Notes under the pieces: model-generated
Database searches by the model: none
What the model was told of the DNA's origin: nothing
What the model saw: only the letters and a program-made list of their open reading frames with translations
Shown here: piece after piece, positions 55,070-61,291 of the stretch
Layout: each line of letters starts with the position of its first letter
Position numbering within the stretch: the stretch's first letter is position 1
Translations under genes and position numbers: made by a program
Source of the DNA: a virus
IMG/VR virus record: IMGVR_UViG_3300045971_000674
Location: 45,230-109,229 of that record
Length of the DNA stretch: 64,000 nucleotides
Reading direction: 5' to 3' (one strand)

Positions 55070-56199
55070 ACGTTGATCTCCACCACCTCCAGCGACCAGT
55101 CGTTGTCCAGATGGTTCTTGGCGTACCAGTCCATCCAGTCGACTTCACCACCACGGAAGGTGCGCATGATCTGACCGAAGAGCTCATGGCCCTTGTGGCG
55201 CTCCGCCATCTCCTTCGGCGTGCACTTGTCAAGGTGGCCATCGGCCGCCATCAACTCGACATACGCCTTCGGTTCGGCGATCGACTCCTTGATCTCGCGC
55301 TCCACCTTCAGGATCGGCTCGATCGAACGGCCCGTCATCGCGAATGCGCCCTTCAGGTCATCCGACTGGTCTGCAGCGACCGTGCGGGCGATGTCACGCC
55401 ACCGGGTGAAAGTCACTGCATGGTGCAGATCCATGTACCACTTCGTCTTCACCTTGACCATGTCGCCGTCTTCGAACTGCACGACCCAGCCTTCGAGACC
55501 TTCCATCGTTTCCTGCATCGTCTTCAGGATGTCCCACGACACGAGGTTCGCAGGCAATCCCGGTGGGCAGAACTGCATCTTCAGGTTCTTCACCACTGGG
55601 AAGGGCGGGTTCAGGAACGTGATCTCGCGCTCCGTCAGGTAACGACCCGACACGTTCTCACGGATGTGGAGCAACGTGAGCTCGTCCTTGTCGTACTTGA
55701 GCACGATCGGGAACTTCGGCGACGTCACCTCGAAAGTTGGCGTCAGGTCAGCACGAAGCAGGTTGCAGATCCAATGATGACGACCATCGAGCGAACCGAG
55801 ATCATCGGCAAGCGCCGCTTCCGGCGAACCGAAGGTCTTCTTGGTCTTCATCTTCCAGTTTGCGCCGCTCGGCAGCATCACGGGCGTGACCATCGAGCCG
55901 TCACGCTTCTCCATGATCCGGTCGACCTTGCCCCACGAGATGTTGTGCGGTTGCACCGACTCGTGTTCGCCGACGTTGAAGAACTTGTGAAGACAACGTC
56001 CTGCGATCTTGCCGTCCGGATGGAAGGTGATGCCGCGGCATTCGACCGCGAACTGGAGGTCGGTGCCGGCGAAGGTGTCTTCATCCTGCACCATGTACGA
56101 CACGACCGTGTGACCGGTCGATTCGACCTTGGCACGAATCTGTTGGTTGTGCTGGATGTGCGGGAGGAGGTCGTCGATGTGGGCGATCTGCGGGAACAT
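55066..56199 (-). CDS. rnl1: RNA ligase 1 (T4 Rnl1-like)
   Basis: ECRGITF, LHKFFNVGE, motif I EKRDGSM, PTFEVTSP, EGWVV and motif V VKVKTKWY. Confidence 0.9.
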   Translation of the reverse strand: MFPQIAHIDDLLPHIQHNQQIRAKVESTGHTVVSYMVQDEDTFAGTDLQFAVECRGITFHPDGKIAGRCLHKFFNVGEHESVQPHNISWGKVDRIMEKRDGSMVTPVMLPSGANWKMKTKKTFGSPEAALADDLGSLDGRHHWICNLLRADLTPTFEVTSPKFPIVLKYDKDELTLLHIRENVSGRYLTEREITFLNPPFPVVKNLKMQFCPPGLPANLVSWDILKTMQETMEGLEGWVVQFEDGDMVKVKTKWYMDLHHAVTFTRWRDIARTVAADQSDDLKGAFAMTGRSIEPILKVEREIKESIAEPKAYVELMAADGHLDKCTPKEMAERHKGHELFGQIMRTFRGGEVDWMDWYAKNHLDNDWSLEVVEINV

Positions 56200-56222
56200 G
56201 GCAGTCCTTGGTTGTTGATGCT

Positions 56223-56265
56223 ATTATACATCAACCTGACGGAGTGTACACAGCTGAAGTGTTAC
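56223..56265 (-). promoter_or_regulatory. early promoter of the RNA ligase unit
   Basis: GTAACA-N31-TATAAT with GTGTAC at -35 and CAGGTTGATG before the -10. Confidence 0.75.
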
Positions 56266-56459
56266 GCGGCCTCGAGGAGGCTGATACACTTTCGGATCTC
56301 GCGAAGCGCGTTCTGGTTCGTCTGATCCGCCATCTTCGTACCTTCGCGCTGGTCAGGCGTCTTCGCTGCGTACTTCATCGTGTCGATGATCTTCTCCATC
56401 CGCTCGAGATGAGCAAGGTAGTCACGAAGCCGGTTCAGGGCAAGTTGAACGTTGTCCAT
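56262..56459 (-). CDS. small coiled-coil hypothetical protein
   Basis: 65 aa from ATG 56459. Confidence 0.55.
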   Translation of the reverse strand: MDNVQLALNRLRDYLAHLERMEKIIDTMKYAAKTPDQREGTKMADQTNQNALREIRKCISLLEAA

Positions 56460-56461
56460 GA

Positions 56462-56782
56462 TCAGCAGCCTGCCGGATGCCAGCCGACCCACGCGAACGT
56501 GAATGCTGGCTCAGAGAACGTGGATGACTGCCGCGCGACCGGGTCCCACACGTTGTGATGGCACTTCCCGACGGCCTGGCCGAGCTTCTTCACGCTCATG
56601 ATCGCATACGAAACATCGGCGGCAGAGATGTGGCCGAGCTCGTCGCCTTCATGGCTGAACACGTCATACCCACCACCGGTGATGGAGTGCTGACGGAATG
56701 CGACACCGTCGTACATCAACTGGATGACTTGGGCGATGTGCAGCCCAGCTTCGGCACGGGCACGTTGAATCAGAGGGTTCAT
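56462..56782 (-). CDS. hypothetical protein
   Basis: 106 aa from ATG 56782, RBS AAGGA. Confidence 0.55.
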   Translation of the reverse strand: MNPLIQRARAEAGLHIAQVIQLMYDGVAFRQHSITGGGYDVFSHEGDELGHISAADVSYAIMSVKKLGQAVGKCHHNVWDPVARQSSTFSEPAFTFAWVGWHPAGC

Positions 56783-56784
56783 GA

Positions 56785-56985
56785 TCAGTCCTTGTCTGCG
56801 ACGTAGTAACAGTACGTGGTGTCCGGAACTCGCCGACACCGGAACCGCTGAGGGCATCGGATCTCACCGGCGTGCGCTCGCTTCTCGCAGATCAGATGCC
56901 GACCCGGCCCTGGACTCTGCGGCACGATCGTGCACCCGACCAGAGTCAGGACAGCGAGGATCGCGACGTGGCGACGAACGCTCAT
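56785..56985 (-). CDS. small Cys-rich lipoprotein (paralog B)
   Basis: 66 aa, lipobox LVG-C, TIVPQSPGPGRH, four further Cys, TYCYYVADK. Confidence 0.65.
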   Translation of the reverse strand: MSVRRHVAILAVLTLVGCTIVPQSPGPGRHLICEKRAHAGEIRCPQRFRCRRVPDTTYCYYVADKD

Positions 56986-57179
56986 GGCTTGTCCGCGACG
57001 TAGTGGCAGTACGTGACCAAGATAACGTTCTGCCGCTGGCATTCCGTCTGCGCGCACAACGGGGCGTAGTTGTACGTCTCCTGCGTGTGGCAAGTCTTGT
57101 GCCGACCGGGACCAGGGCTCTGCGGCACCGTGGTGCAGCCGGCCAGGAACAGGCCGAGGATCAGAATCGAAGTCTTCAT
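56982..57179 (-). CDS. small Cys-rich lipoprotein (paralog A)
   Basis: 65 aa, lipobox LAG-C, TTVPQSPGPGRH, four further Cys, TYCHYVADK. Confidence 0.7.
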   Translation of the reverse strand: MKTSILILGLFLAGCTTVPQSPGPGRHKTCHTQETYNYAPLCAQTECQRQNVILVTYCHYVADKP

Positions 57180-57269
57180 GATCAGTCCTTGAATACGGTC
57201 TTTGACGCTCATGTCGCCATTATACACCAACCTGCGATTACAGGTTGACGAAGTTGCAACTGTTACAAC

Positions 57270-57440
57270 TTACAGGAAGTGAAGCGCGAGGGTCAGAGCA
57301 ACGTTGAACACGAAGGACGCTGCAAGCCAGAGGCGCAGGCTGTCGATCTGCTTGGATTGCTTGGTATCGACTTGGTCGATTGAAGCCAAAACGTTGGTGA
57401 TGTCAGTGGACGTGACAGCTTGATCACTGTAGATCTTCAT
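57270..57440 (-). CDS. small membrane-anchored protein (absent from the ORF track)
   Basis: Translated by hand: MKIYSDQAVTSTDITNVLASIDQVDTKQSKQIDSLRLWLAASFVFNVALTLALHFL, 56 aa. RBS AAGGA. Confidence 0.6.
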   Translation of the reverse strand: MKIYSDQAVTSTDITNVLASIDQVDTKQSKQIDSLRLWLAASFVFNVALTLALHFL

Positions 57441-57452
57441 GATGTGTATTCC

Positions 57453-58091
57453 TTACTCGTAGACAATCTCGCCCTTGACCAAGCGAACTGGCAGCTCGTG
57501 CTTCAATTCAACAAGCTTCTTGGCCTTTGGCTTCTTGGGTTCGACAGCCTTGATCGGCTTGTCCATAGCTGCATGGGCGGCTTCACGTGCAATGATCGGC
57601 TGGTACTCGACCTTGACAGGGGCCGATGGGGCGGTCAGGCTCTTGAAGAAGTCTGGTGGCAGGGTGATCTTGCGCTGGACAACTGGGGGCGGTGATTGAA
57701 CCACCGGTTCTTCAGCAACAACTTCAGCAGGCGCTTCGACTGCGGCTTCTTCAACCTCTTCTGGTTCTTCATGGCGCACATCTTGAACAGGCGGCCGCGC
57801 TGGTTCCGGTGTTGGGTTTGGTGCAGCAACAACCTCAGGACCGAAGAGTTCAACTTGCTTGGTGAGCGGTGTGAAGTGCCGGTTACCAACCATGACTTCA
57901 ACGCGTAGATCATACTTGCCGCTTGCTACGCTTGCTGGAATGTCCAGCTCGGCAGCCCATTCATCGCCCTGCTTTTCAGCTGGGAAGGACAGTTCAGGTT
58001 TCGTACCAAGGATCACACGCACCTTTGGATCGGCGCTGGTGCCCATTACGTTCACCTTGAACTTGATGTTGGTTGTTTGACCGATTAGCAT
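57453..58091 (-). CDS. hypothetical late protein (Ig-like N-terminus, Pro/Glu-rich linker)
   Basis: 212 aa, TAAATA at 58117-58122. Confidence 0.6.
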   Translation of the reverse strand: MLIGQTTNIKFKVNVMGTSADPKVRVILGTKPELSFPAEKQGDEWAAELDIPASVASGKYDLRVEVMVGNRHFTPLTKQVELFGPEVVAAPNPTPEPARPPVQDVRHEEPEEVEEAAVEAPAEVVAEEPVVQSPPPVVQRKITLPPDFFKSLTAPSAPVKVEYQPIIAREAAHAAMDKPIKAVEPKKPKAKKLVELKHELPVRLVKGEIVYE

Positions 58092-58096
58092 GGTGT

Positions 58097-58537
58097 TCAG
58101 ATGTTGAAGTCAGAGATATTTACAGAGACGGGATCATCAAAGTCCAGGTCACTGATCGTAACCATTGGGCCCGTGTCGAAGTCCAAATCACTCACACTGA
58201 CCATCAGTGTGGGCTCAATTGCAAGCCCGGTGACCGTAACGAAGTGGGCTTGCGGCTGGTTCTCGAGTGTCTGCGATCCAGTCTTGCCATGCAGTTCGAC
58301 AGAAACCGTGATGAATGGCTGTTCGAACGTGAGAACTGGCTGCTCTTCGTACTCGAATGGGCGAGCAATCTGGAACTGATTGCGAATGTTCTGTACGTTG
58401 CCACCACGAGTGATGGCTGCTGGTGGTGGTGCAACTGGGTACTTCTCATCCAGCAACCGACCGAGAACAACCTGCCTGCGCGAACCGCAGAAGCTGTTGA
58501 TCGTTGATCGGTTGATTGAACAGAAGTTGATGGACAT
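58097..58537 (-). CDS. hypothetical protein
   Basis: 146 aa, SINFCSINRSTIN start, repeated ISDLDFD at the C-terminus. Confidence 0.6.
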   Translation of the reverse strand: MSINFCSINRSTINSFCGSRRQVVLGRLLDEKYPVAPPPAAITRGGNVQNIRNQFQIARPFEYEEQPVLTFEQPFITVSVELHGKTGSQTLENQPQAHFVTVTGLAIEPTLMVSVSDLDFDTGPMVTISDLDFDDPVSVNISDFNI

Positions 58538-58540
58538 AGA

Positions 58541-59203
58541 TTAGTGGCGGACCTCGTACACAATCTCGAAGTCAGGGCAGTCGTAGAACATCTGCGGTGT
58601 CAGATTCTTCTTCTTGGCGATCATCGCTTCAAGGTTTGCGAAGTCAGTTGCGTAGTTCGGCTCTTGGCTCAGGATGTCACGAACGAGTTCCACACATGAC
58701 AGGTTGCTGTCAGAGGCGAGGTTGAACAGGTTGTCGTACGGACGACCGGCGTACTGTGCGGCTGCCTTGTCAAGGATCGCAGTGAAGTCCTCAAGGTTCA
58801 TTGACTTCGGCTTCAACAGTGCGATTGCATTGCAGAAGGTGACCTCTTCGAACGTGCTGTACTTCACGCCAGCTGCAACGGCTTCAACGAATCGGAAGTC
58901 AGCATCCGTTTCAACACCGTCTTCCAAGTTCATGAACACATGGCCCCAGTAGCTGAACTTCCCAGTGAGGAAGAAATTGCCGAGAGCGACCATGAATGAC
59001 GAGAAGTGGTTCTTGTTCTTCGACACGAGAATGAAGTAATGCTTCGTGAGCTTTTCACGAAGAACATTCTTCTCATACTCCTGGATGCGATCTTCAGGGG
59101 CTAGTCGCCAGTGAATACTACCGAGAGCCTCAATACACAGCTCCAGAAACCAGGCGACTGGCTTCAACTTTGTAAGCTTTGACAGTGCAGTAGCAATGCT
59201 CAT
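58541..59203 (-). CDS. permuted papain-like (NlpC/P60, YiiX-like) enzyme
   Basis: His first (YWGHVFM), VEAV..GV, GRPYDNLF, then Cys (LSCVELV). Confidence 0.75.
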   Translation of the reverse strand: MSIATALSKLTKLKPVAWFLELCIEALGSIHWRLAPEDRIQEYEKNVLREKLTKHYFILVSKNKNHFSSFMVALGNFFLTGKFSYWGHVFMNLEDGVETDADFRFVEAVAAGVKYSTFEEVTFCNAIALLKPKSMNLEDFTAILDKAAAQYAGRPYDNLFNLASDSNLSCVELVRDILSQEPNYATDFANLEAMIAKKKNLTPQMFYDCPDFEIVYEVRH

Positions 59204-59205
59204 TT

Positions 59206-59703
59206 TCACTCTCCAAACGTGAGTGGCCACCCGGTTGAGTAGTCATATGTTGATGGGTTCGGCGATGCATTCATCATCGCTCTGTGGTATTCTGCTCTAG
59301 CGAAGATCGCCATGTCCTGAGCACCAGTCGCCTGAAAGATTCCGACTGCAAGAGCAGGTGTCATCTGAATGAACGTGTCAGTCATCGTCTTCCACATGAT
59401 TCCGGCTGGCATCGAAGCGCCCATCAGCATCAGACCGATCTGCTGAATCCGCGACGAGTCATCTGAGTGGAACCAGCTCGTGCCGACCTTCACACCGTTG
59501 AACTTCCGACGATCACGCTCTGCCTTGATCTCTTCCCACTTCTGAAGCTTCGTCAGCGCCAGCATGAACGTGTCCATCTCGCTCTTTGGCGGGAGCGGAA
59601 GACCATCATCAGCTATCAACAGCGAGTAATCGGTGCCATCACCATCAGCATGGATCTTGCGACCAGGATAGTGTGTCTGAACGACTTCAATGTAATTGGC
59701 CAT
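59206..59703 (-). CDS. tail-fibre assembly-type protein (DUF4376-like)
   Basis: KWEEIKAERDRR...GV..GTSWFHSDDSSR...WKT..DTF; follows fibre genes. Confidence 0.7.
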   Translation of the reverse strand: MANYIEVVQTHYPGRKIHADGDGTDYSLLIADDGLPLPPKSEMDTFMLALTKLQKWEEIKAERDRRKFNGVKVGTSWFHSDDSSRIQQIGLMLMGASMPAGIMWKTMTDTFIQMTPALAVGIFQATGAQDMAIFARAEYHRAMMNASPNPSTYDYSTGWPLTFGE

Positions 59704-60566
59704 TACAGGATCTCCATGATCGTGTATTCAGTCGCAAGCGCACCGCCGAGTGTGACTGTGTTTGTTTGATTAACGTACCAAGTCGTAGTCGTAGACCCGC
59801 CGAAACGTGCTTGTACTGTTACCGGTGTTGTGTTTCCTGGCACAGTCACTGATTGGAATGACATCGCGGCTGACGCGTTGTTCGCAACGATACGGCTAAT
59901 TGCTGCACCAGCGAGAGTTGCTCCATAGAACACTGAGCACAAATTCGTAGTCGAAGTGTTTGAATTCGAGTGTGACAGCGAGAACGAAATGATGATACGA
60001 GATGCTGCCGAAAGCGGCGTGAACGTTGTGCTCCAGATCGCCGTACCTTCTGTAATCAGTGGTGTCGTATTGTCGAATGGAATTGCTGTTGCACCAGTCG
60101 CTGCAGCAATTGTGCCAGACACGACCTGAAGGACTCGGCCCTGCGGAATCCATGTGGCACCGTCAAAGAGTTCGTGATACCCAAGTGTGGTGTTCCAACG
60201 AGTCTGACCTGTTGGTGGAGAGACTGCACGATCAGCGGTGGCGCCAGATGGTGGTGTGTAACCCGCAAGACCTGGTAGAATTGGGTTCGATACGAGACTG
60301 ATTACGGAACCTGAAATGCCGATCTGATTCGCTGTTCCGGTGTAAGTACCGGCAGATCCGACTGAATCCCAAGTTGCACCATTATCTCGGTACATCACCT
60401 TTGTTGTCGTGTCAACAAACAGGCGCCCAACAGTTCCTGCGGCGGGCCGGTTTGCCGTAGTGTCAGATAGAATGGAAGGAGTTCCACCCGCATTTAGCAT
60501 CACGCCCAAGCCATTCACAGTCGGAGTGTCGAGGAATGAGAGATTGCCGAGTACTTCAGTTGTCAT
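59703..60566 (-). CDS. short tail-fibre-like protein
   Basis: 287 aa, RPAAGTVGRLFVDT, SGATADR..SP..GQTRWNTT, GRVLQVV. Gly/Thr-rich. Confidence 0.7.
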   Translation of the reverse strand: MTTEVLGNLSFLDTPTVNGLGVMLNAGGTPSILSDTTANRPAAGTVGRLFVDTTTKVMYRDNGATWDSVGSAGTYTGTANQIGISGSVISLVSNPILPGLAGYTPPSGATADRAVSPPTGQTRWNTTLGYHELFDGATWIPQGRVLQVVSGTIAAATGATAIPFDNTTPLITEGTAIWSTTFTPLSAASRIIISFSLSHSNSNTSTTNLCSVFYGATLAGAAISRIVANNASAAMSFQSVTVPGNTTPVTVQARFGGSTTTTWYVNQTNTVTLGGALATEYTIMEIL

Positions 60567-61291
60567 TGGACTGGCCTGATGTTCGAATTCGCTAGGCTAT
60601 TTACGTAGGTATGGGTGATCGCCGTGGACACCCCAGTGAGCGTCAGGGTGTGACCGTTTCCAGTGAGATCGACAATCGAGGAGGCGGTTGATCCGCTTGA
60701 CAGTTCGTCGAACTCGTATCGGCAGATCAAGCCATTCATGATTCCATGACGTGCCCCGCCAGCGTAGTACATCGTTTCTATCTCATCGGCAGCAAGACCT
60801 CGGCGGTACAGATTGTACTGGTCCACGTAGAATGCTGCGACCTCTGAGGTGGTTCCACCCGGGTACCCGTTGATGTACACCTGATTCAGGTACCCGGTGA
60901 TCTGCGGGTTCACCGTGTCGAGTTGTGAAGCGGCGAGCGTGCCGTTCAGGTACAGTCGGTGCGTCGTTCCATCGAACGTGTACACGACGTGAACCCAGAG
61001 ATTATTGAACGGCGTCATCACCCCGACAGCAGTCCCGACAAGCGTTCCACCACCCCAGGTCCAGCACGTGAGTTCGCCGGCGCCGTTCGAGGTTCCGATC
61101 TGAACGCCAGTGAGTGGTGCCCCGAGAGCGACGTCCGTCAATGGTCCGTACACGCCGACGAGGGAGCGTCGTGAACCTGGGTTCCAGACAGTATTGATCC
61201 AGACGGACACCGAGAACGCGGAGCGCGCAAGCAGACCCATCGTCTGCGAAGAACGAAGGTGCACGTCAGCGGCTGTCGTTAGAATAGCCAT
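60563..61291 (-). CDS. LamG/concanavalin A-like lectin domain protein
   Basis: FSVSVWIN, WVHVVYTFDGTTHRLYLNG, YRRGLAADEI. Confidence 0.8.
   Translation of the reverse strand: MAILTTAADVHLRSSQTMGLLARSAFSVSVWINTVWNPGSRRSLVGVYGPLTDVALGAPLTGVQIGTSNGAGELTCWTWGGGTLVGTAVGVMTPFNNLWVHVVYTFDGTTHRLYLNGTLAASQLDTVNPQITGYLNQVYINGYPGGTTSEVAAFYVDQYNLYRRGLAADEIETMYYAGGARHGIMNGLICRYEFDELSSGSTASSIVDLTGNGHTLTLTGVSTAITHTYVNSLANSNIRPVQ

Noticed and set aside
55111-56325. Long plus-strand ORFs (e.g. 404 aa here; also 16264-17331, 19047-19874, 44214-45062)
   Set aside because: These are antisense shadows of strongly codon-biased, GC-rich minus-strand genes and carry no recognisable motifs.
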